This document shows positions 49,886-62,299 of a stretch of 64,000 bases of DNA, piece after piece. The DNA is from Chiloscyllium plagiosum (Eukaryota). The notes under the pieces were generated by a model. That model was not told the DNA's origin. It worked only from the letters and a program-made list of their open reading frames with translations, and made no database searches. The position numbers were made by a program, and so were the translations under genes. The first letter of the stretch is position 1; every line of letters begins with the position of its first letter. Where the stretch lies: positions 288,399-352,398 of the forward strand of contig NC_057755.1 of assembly GCF_004010195.1 (NCBI RefSeq), read 5' to 3'.

Positions 49886-51097
49886 CAGTCTGAGAGAGAC
49901 TCAAAATGGGGCTTCGCGTTTCTACAAACTGTGGAACCCCTTTTGAGCTAGTGGATGGTTTCTGGGATCAACACTTTCACATTCAGATTTCACGTTCCCT
50001 TGCTGACCAGCAGGAGGCAATGGTCAGAGAAGAACACGAGCTTGACATTGTTGAATTTGACCGAAACCAATCCCAGACCCTCGAGTCTCACTTCACAGGT
50101 GAAACACACGAGCCCTTGTGAACCTCCCTCGTAAATTTCCTCGTGATATTATTAGTTTTAATATGGCGGTGGTGACAGGCTCCTCCTCCCATTTGATTCT
50201 GATTACCATTTCAGTCACATCACATCTTTCATCTTTGCTGTTTCATCTTCAACTTGGTCTTCTGTTCCTTGTGCCTGTGACGGTGAAGGAAGATGGCATC
50301 AGTGTTGTCTTTAGCAGCACTGTTGTGAACCTGGATCAGGTATTCTGATGTCGGTCGTGGCGACAGCGTGGTATGCCCATGTATGCAATCCCATTATCTT
50401 GATCGATTACATTGAACCGGTGTCAATGAGACAGTGGAACTGAGGTATTAAACTGGGAATCTTGCAGCATTCACCGTCAAATTCAATCAAGTCAGACAGA
50501 TGTGCAAGCCTTCACCTTGATTGAACATTAAATGGGTTGTTGATGAGATATTACCACAAAGTTTTAAATATCTAACACTATTTCCTGTAATATCCTTCTT
50601 GGGATAAAAACTAAAGTTAAATCTGCTGCCAAGCTACTGCGTTCGGAAATGACCTGGACAACTAATTAAAAGTAGGTTAGGAGTCACATTAAATTTTCTG
50701 ATCTCAAGTGAACCGTTTGGATGATAACCTCGTGTCGTGTGACTTCAGACTTTGCCCACCCCAGTTCAACACTGGCATCCGCACATCAAGGGTAAACAAG
50801 CCACATAAGTCAGAGAGATCCGACACACTCTCCAGAGAACATCATGACAAAGAAGCATGTGCCTTGGTGGTAGGAAGAAAGCCCCAACTCCAGTTCTGTG
50901 AGCTGTAATTGGAAATTTTAAACTAGTGCGTGGGCAAAGACGTTTGAGACTAGCCGGTTACTGGGGATAGCAGAGGAAAAACCTGATTGTTTTAAAGGTT
51001 GGACATTTTTATATATTGCTTTTCAAAGATAATTAACAACTTCACATTATTCGTGTAAAACGAGTGCCACTAAATAAGCACCGAGATCTGTCAATAC

Positions 51098-51834
51098 TCG
51101 TATGAAGGTGTAGGTGCGTACTGTACTTTTTAGAGAGACTGTACCTTTAAGCAACACTGAACATTGACATTGACTTAGAGTGGCACAGGGTGTGCTGAGA
51201 GAAATCAACTTGCAATATTTGACAGTGAAATTAATAGTGCAGTTGAGTTGCGATGGTACACAATAAATTCAAATTTAGCCATTTAGTTTAAATGATGTCC
51301 CAAGATACCAAAATTAAATCAAATTTGAATTTAATGTTTTGATGAAATCAAACAAATGAAATGATCTGATGTTTTGGGGTACAAAGCAGGACATTTTGAA
51401 CAGTTAGGGAGAGAACAGAAAAGAACAGCCCCAAGCACCAACAGACTCTTAACAAAATTACTCTTTGAAAGATATATATCTATTAGAAATTTGTGCAGCA
51501 GAACATCAAAGCAGACCTCGACAAATCTGCAAAGAACGTACGACATCCAAAGGCGTCAACTGCAATTGAAAGCGATTTGCCATAAATTTACGAGGGAAGT
51601 TATTGGACCAGTAACGTGCAGTTAGATGTAAAAGGTAGATTTAAGAGAATGGAGTTCTAAATAGCGGTTTTAATGTTCTTTGTTGGACGTAAACAATAGA
51701 ATTATTAACTTTACTTTAAATAGTGAAATATAGGATAAGCCTTTGCCTTTCAAACTTTAACAGATTACGGTGGGAGGTGAGATCTTCTGTACACCGGGTT
51801 TAAATCAGCAGAAGGGTTTACCCAAGTTGCAACA
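51098..51834 (+). mobile_element. Probable solo LTR (related to 54567-55309)
   Basis: Shares TACTGTAC.TTT near the start and TTTAACAGATTA...AGCAGAAGGGTT.ACC...AACA at the end. Flanks ATAC/ATCC form an imperfect 4 bp TSD. Confidence 0.6.
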
Positions 51835-51939
51835 ATCCGAAAATGAAATGTACATTGGATATTGTCAATGGTTCCAGAGAAATAACCAACACATTGATTC
51901 GTCATTTTGCCTCAGTAATTTCGAGGAAAATACAATCAA

Positions 51940-52085
51940 CAAGAACAGTTTCACTCATGCCCTTTCGGGAAGGAAATTGCCATCCTTTTCTGGTCTGACC
52001 TAATGTGATTTTACACCGACAGTAATACGGTTTACTCTTGACTGCTGCCTGGGATGGGCCAATAATGATGTCCGAGCCAATACTG
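51940..52085 (+). mobile_element. Deu-domain SINE fragment
   Basis: TTCACTCATGCCCTTTCGGGAAGGAAATTGCCATCCTTTTCTGGTCTGACCTAATGTGA. Confidence 0.7.
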
Positions 52086-52619
52086 CTCTCATCCCATATA
52101 AGGCCGCAGACGTTATGCTGCAGTTATATGGAACCTGGTTTGTTCGCCCTTGGGAATGAGGGAGCAATCAGTGAGATGGAGAGAGCTGTTCCCGGGACTC
52201 AGCGCAACGTGGAGGCAACTAATTGCGGGGCTCGACGTGGTGAGAGCCACGGCTCAATGTTAATGTCTGGAAATTTGAAAAGAAGGTAATGCCCAACACC
52301 ATCTCCCAAACAAATTGATTAAAGCTGGAAATAGTCTCGATTTGCCTGTATTTATTCCACTCCATTTCCCTGCATTTCAGCGTCTATGTTTCCCTGTATG
52401 CAAACGTTTCCATGTTAATCGTATCCCTGATAACTTGTGTGTAACCCATATTCTTCCCAAATTTTTCATTCTCAGCTGATTGCTGCGTCATTCACTTTAT
52501 CTCTCTCTCTGTATGTAAGCCTCTCCCTTTTACCCTGTATTTCAGCTATTCTTGTAATTCACTCCACCCTATTCATTGCCCAGTATTTAATTCTGTTATT
52601 ATTAGTCTGTAATTAGTAA

Positions 52620-52966
52620 ATCACAGTTTCCATACATTGTGGAAACTGACCCTTCGCCCCAACAAGTTCACACCAACCCTACAAAGAGTATCACTTTCAA
52701 ACCCATTTCACTACCCTATTAACTACGTTTACCCCCGACTAATGTGCCTAGCCTACACATTCCTGAAAACTATGCGTAAATTAGCATGGCAAAATCACTG
52801 AACCTGCATACCTTTCAGTTATGGAAGGAAGCTGGAGCACCCATGGCGATCCCAAGTAAACACAACGAGAACGTGCAAACTCCACACAGCCAGTCGCCCG
52901 AGGTTGGAATCGAATCCGGGTTTCTCGCACTGTTTGGCAGCAGTGGAAAACAGTGAACCACCGTCC
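52620..52966 (-). mobile_element. V-SINE (HE1-like)
   Basis: Minus strand: tRNA-like head with B box GGATTCGATTCC, V domain TGTGTGGAGTTTGCACGTTCTC...GGGTGCTCCAGCTTCCTTCC, and a CR1-like tail. Confidence 0.85.
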
Positions 52967-53484
52967 ATCCTACCTTACTACTCTTTAATTAATTCTGTCT
53001 TTATCTGCATTCAATATTCTCTATTCTCCTGTATTTAACCATTCCTCTCTTACCCTGTTTTCATTCCTCTTCCTGTTACTGTCTATTAAATCGTCTCAAA
53101 ACTATGCTCTAATGTTCCCGTTACATTTAATCCTAATCCACCTCAATCATTAACCACTTCTGTGTTCAGTTTTCTCCCCATTGCTCTCTAATTAGCTCTC
53201 TCGCTATTACTTTATATATATTCCTTTCCACTGTCCTCTTGCCCTATAGTTAATCCGCTCCCTGTTCTCCTGTATTCAAAAATCACCGAATTAATTGATT
53301 GTTTGATTAACCTTTTTATTTCGTTATTTTCGTAATTTATTTATTCTTTTTCTATTTCTCTGCATTAACTCCACTCCCTTTCCTCTATACTTAACACTCG
53401 CGCTGCTCCACTCCCAACAGCCTCCCTGTTATTCTCTGTTTACTTTTCTCCCGATTAAACTGTTGAACTCTCTCCCCTTCCACG

Positions 53485-54227
53485 TAAGCTGGCTTGCCAT
53501 TTCAACACACATTCCTGCTCCCATGCTCACATGGCTGTCCTTGGCCTGCTACAATGTTTCAGTAAAGCTCAACGCAAACTGGAGGTACAGCATCTCATCT
53601 CCCCACCAGGCACATTACAGCCTGCCGGTCTCAACAGTGAGTTCAACAACTTCAGATGATTATCCCATCTCGACCCCTCTGCTTTCATTCTGCTCCGTAA
53701 TTTTATTCATTTATTTATTTATCTTTTTTATATATTGTCACTGTTCTGTACCTCTTATTTCTTGATTGTCTCTCTTTCTCTCGCTCCCCACTCTCTCATC
53801 AACTTTTCCCTCCCTTCTTCCCCCTTTTCTACTCTTCTCCACTGTTTTCCATTTTGTCTCTGCTTTACTTTCTCTCCCTNNNNNNNNNNNNNNNNNNNNN
53901 NNNNNNNNNNNNNNNNNNNNNNNNNNNNNNNNNNNNNNNNNNNNNNNNNNNNNNNNNNNNNNNNNNNNNNNNNNNNNNNNNNNNNNNNNNNNNNNNNNNN
54001 NNNNNNNNNNNNNNNNNNNNNNNNNNNNNNNNNNNNNNNNNNNNNNNNNNNNNNNNNNNNNNNNNNNNNNNNNNNNNNNNNNNNNTTTTTTAGCTTTGAC
54101 AAAGGGTCAGTTAGACTCGAAACGACAGCTCTTTTCTCCCCTTACAGATTATGCCAGACCTGCTGACATTTTCCAGCATTTTCTCTTTCCGTTTCAGATT
54201 CCAAAATCGGCTGTAATTCACTTTTAT
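53485..54227 (+). mobile_element. Penelope-like element 3' fragment (second subfamily), spanning a gap
   Basis: ACHFNTHSCSHAHMAVLGLLQCFSKAQRKLEVQHLISPPGTLQPAGLNSEFNNFR; terminal motif TTGACAAAGGGTCAGTTAGACTCGAAACGAC at about 54096-54126. Confidence 0.85.
53880..54085. other. Assembly gap (206 N)
   Basis: Run of N. Confidence 1.
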
Positions 54228-54566
54228 CCCATCACCAACTCACGCTGCAGTTACACGTGCATAGTACATCACACTGACCAAGCCGATTCCTGGAGTGAGC
54301 TGAAACCCTGACATTACTGTTGATATCTATCACTTCCATGGACCTGGTTAACATTCCCAATCAGGGAACTCATGTTCACTGAGATCCACCTCATTACAAT
54401 TCCTGCAGCTTTCGCTGTATTTCCCCTCTCCCTGTGCCCCTGCAATCAACACACTTCTTCTTACTCTGCATGTAATTCTCCCCTATTACTTTATATTAAA
54501 TATTTCCCTTTCCTCTTTTCAACCCACTCCCAGTTATCCTGTTTTCAATTTTCTCCCTATTACTCT

Positions 54567-55309
54567 TGTTATGAGAGTTGAAGATCTATACTGTACCTTT
54601 TACGAGGGAGCGAACGCTTTTATGGCAATGAGAATTTGTAGATACGTGTCATGTGACTGACTAGCAGTCTCAGAATATACTAGAAAATTGTAAGTATGTA
54701 ACATTTAGCTGCTCCGTTCACAGCAATTCAGATTTAATCATTCAGTTTACATGATTCCCCAGTATCTAAACCCCAACGATTTTGAATTTTACTGCTTTGA
54801 CAACATTGAACCATCAGAAATTCCGATGTTTGAGCTATAAACAAGCTGGCATTTTATTCAATTACCAGAGGGAGCGACCAACTGCCATCATCAGAGCATA
54901 TGCTCACAACATACGCTCTATTAAAGGTACTTTTTCATATGAAGCATCTTTGCAGAAAAAGATTGAAGATGACCCATGGAAATCTTCAACAGAAAGAAGA
55001 CACCAACGACAACAGACACCAGTTTTGAACATTAATTGATGCAAATTTAAAAGACTTTTATTGGATCAATATATTGTCACAGAGTTGAAAGTAGACAGCA
55101 GACCACGAAGAGAAAGGAGGCTTAGACATGTAAATAGTTGATGTTTAATATTCACCGTTAGAGTTAAAGAATAAAATTGATGTTTTTCTTTGAATAGTGG
55201 AATTTAGGGAGTTCTCTGTCACTCATACTTTTAACAGATTATGAGCCGAGTTGAGCTTCTCCCTGCGTTTGGTTTCATTAGCAGAACGGTTCACCACTAT
55301 GACGTAACA
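54567..55309 (+). mobile_element. Solo LTR with a 4 bp TSD (Gypsy/ERV-type)
   Basis: Termini TGTTATG...CGTAACA form an inverted repeat. CTCT is duplicated at 54563-54566 and 55310-55313. Internal TATAAA (about 54836) and AATAAA (about 55170) are present. Confidence 0.85.
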
Positions 55310-55889
55310 CTCTCCATTCCACCATCTGTATTCCCTTACATTGAAATTTCTTCACGTTACTCTCTGTCTAATCCACTTCGTGGTACTTGACATAAACTCC
55401 TGGCCTTTCCCCGTAGTCAACCCTTTCCTCACTCAATTAACTTCAAACTTCTTCCAATAAAATTCCATTTACAACTTTCCTTATTATTTTGCATGAAATT
55501 CCATCCCATTATCGAGTATTCAACGCTCTCCCTATTACTCTCCATTTAACCTTCTCATTATTGTTATCTATTTAATCCTATCACTATTGTTCTGAATTGT
55601 ATTCGCTCTCTGTTACAATCATTAGTCCCCTCTCTAACTCTGTCTGTCTTCCTCTGATGCTCTTCAATTTTGGTTCCCTGTTCCAGAATGCGTGTTCCCA
55701 CCACAAGAACCAGAGTCTCGGAGTCATTACCAAATCACTCATCACAACTGCGAACACGTGAACGTCGCTATTCTGTGTTGCCGACCCTGTGGCCGGCCCT
55801 GGAATTGCAACTTCATTCCAAAGGACTGGAGGGGCTCAGCAGCTGAACCACATGTTAGACACTATATTGCTGATCGGGAGGAGGCAGGC

Positions 55890-56600
55890 ATAACTTCAAT
55901 ATACAATTATATTTACATATAATTAGCAACAGTTCCAATACACAATATTTATGTGCAAACTGGAACAGCTCCAATACAAAGTACAATTTATAGACATCAA
56001 CTGGAACAGTTCAAATTCACAGCTTTTATGTATAACTGAAAAGCTCCAGTACACTTCAATATTTACATATAAACATGAACAGTTCTAATATGCAATATTT
56101 AGATATGAACACAAACAGTTGTAATGCACAATTGTTAAACACAAATATGAACAGTTTCAATATTGTTTCAATATACCACAAGATTGATATATAAACGTAA
56201 ATACTTTACAAATGAAAAATTGTTTACATATAAATGAGTGTAGCTGCAATACACAAGTGTTTGTACAAAATAGAGAACAGTTCTGAGATACAACAATACT
56301 TATATACAAGCATAAACAGCTCCGAAAACAAAAGAAATTGAATACTAAAATGAATATTGTCTAGATCCAACAATACTTATATTTACAAATGAGCAGTTCT
56401 AGTACTGAATCATATTTATATATAAGCTGGAACTGCCGCAATGCAAAAGAATATTTAGATGTAAACATAAACAGTTACAATGCACAATAATATTTGCATG
56501 TAAACATGATCCGTTCCGACACACAGCAATATTTGGACAGACACAAACAGAGCTAACATATAATAATCCATAATACTGTGTATCCAATACCTATAAAGAT
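55890..56600. repeat. Degenerate AT-rich tandem repeat with a period of about 36-41 bp
   Basis: Repeated TTTACATATAAACATGAACAGTTC.AATA.ACAATA variants. Confidence 0.8.
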
Positions 56601-57899
56601 GTAGTACAGTGTATGTGAATGATATAGAGAAAGGAAGCGAATGCGCTGTTGGCAGGTTTGCAGAAGACACAAAATTAGTTGGGAGGGCAAGTTCTGTCAG
56701 GTTCTGAGAATGTCAATGATCCTGAAGCGTTAAATCTGATTTCTCTTCATGGTTGCTGACAGACCTGCTATGATTTTCCAGCAAATTCTTTTATTTTTAG
56801 CTGATAAATACATCGTTGCTTCAAACATGGACAAATAGCTGAATTCCAGAAGTGAGGTGAGAGTGACATCCATGTGGCCCAGACAAAATGACAATCAACA
56901 CACACTCCCCATGAGTTGATGTCAAATCTGGCACATAGGAAGATGGTTGTGTTTGCCGGAGATGAGTCATCTCAGCTCCAGCCTGCCTCAGGGTAGTCTC
57001 CTAGGCCCAACCAACTTCAGCGGCTTTGTCAATATCTATCTGTTCATAGTGAATTTAAACATTATTGCTTCAAGAGCAGGTCAGAGGCGAGGAATACGAC
57101 TCCTGACTCTCCAAAATTCTGTAGATAAAATTCAGAAGTTTAATGGAATACTTCACACTTGCCTGGAAGAATGCAGCTCCATCAACGCTTAAGAAGCTTG
57201 ACACCATCCAGAAAAAAAAGCAGACCCAGTTTGAGTGGCATCACATCCACAATCATCCATTCCCTCAGACACTGACAGGAGCAGAAATGTGTCCGTTCTA
57301 CCAGATACACCGGAGAAAACCATCAAGGCTTGTTAGTCAGTATCAATGCCAAATGCATCAGCTCTGCTGCAAACAATGTGCTTTAAATATTTTGCTTTCT
57401 CCAATAATCAGAGGAGACTCATGTCCTTTTTTCGTAGGGAACCATTTTTGGATCCTTTCTTACTCAGGATTATCTCACTCTTACCCAGTTGACCTGTTCC
57501 CCATATTAAACGCTGTCACTCCTCCCACCTCTCATCAGCATTTGGAAGATTGATGTGTTTATGTGAGTGTTTAAATTCCTATCATGTGTTGACCATAATT
57601 GTACACAGTACTTCAGCTAGATCCTCAGCAAAGTCCTGCAAAACGCCAACAAACACTCCCTGCTCCTTTCATCTGCAGCATGACTGATCAAGTTATGTAG
57701 TGTACCATTTTCCTTCTTAACTACTCTATTAATCTGTCATGCTACCATTATGGGTCTTTGGATAAGCATTCTAAGATCCCATTGTTCCTCTGAGCTTCCT
57801 GGTGTCATGCCTCTTGTTGAATATCCCCATGTCTTATTTCACTCATTAGAAAATAGGTCTTTGAAACAAACTAACAGTTGACGTTTCAACACATCCACC

Positions 57900-58685
57900 C
57901 TCACACAAATATACACACAAAAACAGAAACACACCCACATGTACAAATATAGTCAAATTGAAGGCATAGGAACTTACTGTTAAACAGAACCGGAACACGT
58001 CCGATCACCCACCATAACACGTCAACACACAGCTTCAAAACAAAGATATGGGGGGGGGGGGAAACTGCACACCGACATAGAAACATTCACTCGCTCACAC
58101 ACATACAGAGGAATACAATCAGATTGCAGTGTGTGGCCACACCTACACACAGATACATTAGCAGACTCACACTTCACACACACACCGTCATACTGAAATG
58201 CAGGAATAGACCAAATTACAGACAAGGAACACACAGATAGACACATAAAAGTCATCCTGCAATAAAAAAAACACATTTACACACAGACACGGAATCACAC
58301 CCACATCCCCACACACATACAGAACTGAATTCATACTGATAGGCATTGCACATCAACATGCAAGAACTTACAGAAACGTTCGTATAAACACACATGGGCA
58401 CACTTAAACAAAGTTACAAAGCCACACATACAATTAGATACAATCATAGCGTGATACTCAGAAACAGAGACATACCCACAGAGAGGTACAGAGAGATCCT
58501 GCTGTGGACACGGAACGATCTTGACCCATGAACAGACAGCCAAATACAGTCTGAACAGCACATTCACCTGTTTAAACAGTAGCACAGCCAGGCAGAGACA
58601 CACACAGCATTCCATAATAATGCACTGACAGTTAGGGACACACCCATATACAGTCATGGAAACATCATGACATGCTGACGCTCAG

Positions 58686-58740
<55 letters not shown>

Positions 58741-59780
58741 CAGAGGAACGTCACCACGCACACAATGCCTACACACAGAGACAAACATAACAGATGTCGC
58801 TGTCAAAACTCACACAGATGCACATTCACATTGGCACATAACAAACAGAAACGCAAAGAGGCTCACCGGCAACGAACCATTCCCACACAGACTGAATAAC
58901 ATACCCAAATGCATAATTACCGCAATATGTAATCACTAAAATACTTCCCAAAACAGAAACACATACACACATGCACAGACTATCAGACAGACACGGAAAC
59001 CAAAACTCAGAAGCAGAAATGCACTCATAATGTGTCACAGGAACATATTAAAAAAACAGAGCCGTACACACAGAGTGACTTCCCATGAAAGGCAATGAAA
59101 CATACTCACATACACAGACCCTCATAGACCGAAATTGAAACACAGAATCACAAACTCCCTCACAGAGACAGGGAGAGAGAGAGAGAGAGAGAGAGAGAGC
59201 GACAGTCAAAGTGCAGGAGATGGAGGGATATTTCGTTTACAGAAATGCAACTAAAATTACGTCAAGGTATTGCTGGTTGTGTTTGTGAATTTTGTATTTT
59301 GCAAGGACCACCTCGTCAGGTAAAATCAGTGAATGAAATGATATGGACGTGTTTTCAACCAATTCATGTGAGCAAACATTAAACTGAAGCAACATGTGTC
59401 TGATGTGGAGAAATTGAGGAGTGTAGACGCTGAAGATCAGAGTCGACAGTGTGGTGCTGGAAAAGCACAGCACGTCAGGCAGCATCTGAGGAGCAGGAGA
59501 TTCGATGTTTTGTAAGCCCTTCGTCAGGAAAAAGGACTGATGTGGTCAGTTTGATAAAAGGACACAGGGTGAGGCGCAGAAAGAGAGAGATAGAGACAAA
59601 GACAATCAGAGAAACAGAGATAAAGGGAGATAAAGACAGAGAGAGAGAGACTGACAGCAAGAACCTTAGAGCTGGGGGCAGTGAGACGCAGATATTGTGA
59701 AATAAGGGGAGGGAGAGAGAGAAGAGAGGGACAGAGACTATGACATGGAGAAAGAGGCAGAGGAAAAGAAGGCAATGTCA
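57900..59780. repeat. CA-rich/GA-rich block with (AC)n at about 58688-58738 and (GA)n at about 59173-59199
   Basis: Seen directly. Paralog of 20000-21560. Confidence 0.9.
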
Positions 59781-60568
59781 TTGTGATATAAGTATACAGG
59801 AGTTGGACTCAAAAAACACGGTCAAAGCTGAAAACAAAAACAAATACGCGTGAAATAATAAGCATACTAGACGAGAGGATCATCAGCAACCGGAGACTTT
59901 CTCTTGTTGTAATAAAATGTTTAATGAGAGTTGAAGAGACAGAATCTTACAATCATCGGATTGTTTCTGTTTCTGCCCATCCTCCTGCTCCCCTGCAGGG
60001 GAAATATGGGGACCCGTACTGCTGGTTTTTAACACTCACCATGGGGAAGTCAGTGAAGATCCAATGTTCCAGCTGAAACCATCACTTGCAGCCAGTCTGT
60101 GATTTCTAATCACTTCTGCAGCCTCATTCCATCCTACCCTGCCGCAGACAGTTAACTCTTCCCCCCATACCTGCTGTCCCTTTGTCATACCTGTCAATGT
60201 TTCTTCAGTTGAAGGTGGATAGATTAATGTTAAGCCTGAGCACTATCGGGGGAAGACAGAAATGTGGATTACACTTTAGAATTGCATGAACTGTGATCTT
60301 CTGAAATGGAGGGCAGACCAAACTAGAATGGCTGAATAGCCTCCTGCTGCTCATTGTCTGTGCGTCCCCGTGTGTGTCAATCCGTCAGTCAATCGGAGAT
60401 AGAAGTGTGTTCCTGAGTGTGATGAAAGGTGACCCACACTGTTAATACACACCCTCCCCATTCACTGCTGTGAGTGAAACATAAATCCATGTGTTTGTGC
60501 TGCTGGAATCCTCGCCGTACATATGCAATTTCTGCACTGGGAAAACTGTGGCTGCCTCTTGAGCTCTT

Positions 60569-61468
60569 TCAGTTGGTTTGCTGAGTCATTAAGTTGATGA
60601 AGCTATCTTACCAATTGGTGCACTGCATTCCTAAACTTGGGCAGAGTCACTGCATAAAATAATGTGTTTGTGCTGCAGCTGACATCCTTCAGCATTTTTG
60701 CACCGAACACAAAATTCTTTCGAGAACGAATGTACTTGGCAGCAATTGTTCCATTCATGCTGCAATATAAGAAATTTGCACACTACACGACCAACAGAAG
60801 TATGAAGCTGATGGAAATAATGAACAGAAAATTACCGACTTCCACCGGCTCTCTACACCTGCATCTTTGTGACTTTCTCCCTTTCTCTGTCCCCTGAGGT
60901 TCTTATGGACTCGACTGGCCACTAAAATGCACTAGACGATCAGAGTGTACATCAACAGAATTAACTCGAATTGGATGAACGATGTTGAAATATTATGAGA
61001 CTGGTTTCATTCCAGCTAACCGGGATCAGTAAAATAATTTGAATTAGTTCTATCGTACCACAGAATATTATCAATCATCATTCTAGGTTTAAAGCGAAAA
61101 TACAATGGAATGTTTTTGTTTAACAGCGCATAATGCTTATTGCAGCCATAGCAACAGCCAAGGCTTTCTCTGTCCAATATTTTCTCTTCATTCTCAGGCA
61201 GCAAAGGCCACAAAAAGATCAAAGGAGGAAAGAACAGTGAACCAGATGGAACAGTATGCGCCTGCATGAGGCAGAGCATACAAAGCACTCCACACAGGGC
61301 TGAGGTCCAGCAAACCCTTGGAGAACTAAAAGTATTTGAGTTGTCACAGTATGATCTTCATGGCAATGAACAGTAGATCCGATGTTGCCATAGCCAAAAG
61401 GCAGTGCATTGTGCATTTGGCAGGTTCACATTTAACACGTGCAAGGACCAAAGTCAGCAAGAAATTCC
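60569..61468 (-). pseudogene. GPR139/GPR142-like GPCR pseudogene, main exon (copy 4)
   Basis: Acceptor cctgtctctttcAG at 61469-61470, then (G)NFLLTLVLARVKCEPAKCTMHCLLAMATSDLLFIAMKIIL*QLKYF*...YCSIWFTVLSSFDLFVAF, LLNKNIPLYFRFKPRMMIDNILWY, LIV*CILVASRVHKNLRGQRKGESHKDAGVESRWKSVIFLFIISISFILLVV. Confidence 0.92.
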
Positions 61469-62299
61469 CTGAAAGAGACAGGAGGTGAAATGCAAATCGG
61501 AAATTAATTATCAAACATTCTCCGCATCAGACCAGAGAGCAATGGAAGATCTTAACTAGGGCCATTTGAAGGGTTCAGTTGTCGAGTTTGAACATGTCAG
61601 CTCCAATGGGCTGACCCATTTCGAAGCTCCTCAATCCTGGCTTTGACTAAACGTGGGCAGGCAATCAAGAGATGACAGGAGGAAATCATTATTAGGATGA
61701 AAGGGAAAGGTTTTAGCCGGGATCCGAGCAAGAGGATTTCACCCAGAGAGTGGTGGGGCCTGGTAATTCAGTGCCTGGGAGAATGGTGGAAGCAGGAAAC
61801 CTCATAAACGTTAAAAACTGTCTGGATGAAAACTTGAAGGAGCACCGTATTCAGGACTACGAGTAAAGTTCTTTAAGCTGGAATGAGTGTAGATTTTGTG
61901 TCGCTTTAACAACACAAACTCGATGGACGGAAGGGTCTCTTCTGTACTGTCTGATTCTCTCATTCTTAGAATTCCTCTGTGAGGCAGGTTTGGAAGTGAA
62001 GTATTTTAATGAAATAATGAAAGGGATCCAAATGCTAAACACATGAAACATTATCAGATGTAACTGGCAAAACCCAACAGGTACGGCAGCATCTGTGGGG
62101 AGAGAAACAGAACATTTTCATGTGAACATGAATCACTGAACTCAAAACACCATCTTAGGATCCCCACCGCACAAGACCCTATCATTGCAACCAATACACA
62201 AGGATTCATTTCTATCAGGGAACTGAGATTTAAAAAGTTGATACTCACATCTTGATGGAACATTTGTTCGACTGCTCTTCACACACCGGACATAGTTGG

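Noticed and set aside
49886..50560. Moderately GC-rich unique-looking segment with short ORFs
   Set aside because: I recognised no motif in any frame and left it unassigned pending BLASTx or a repeat-library search.
52880..52966. tRNA gene
   Set aside because: The A/B-box-like sequence is the degenerate head of a V-SINE and does not form a full cloverleaf.
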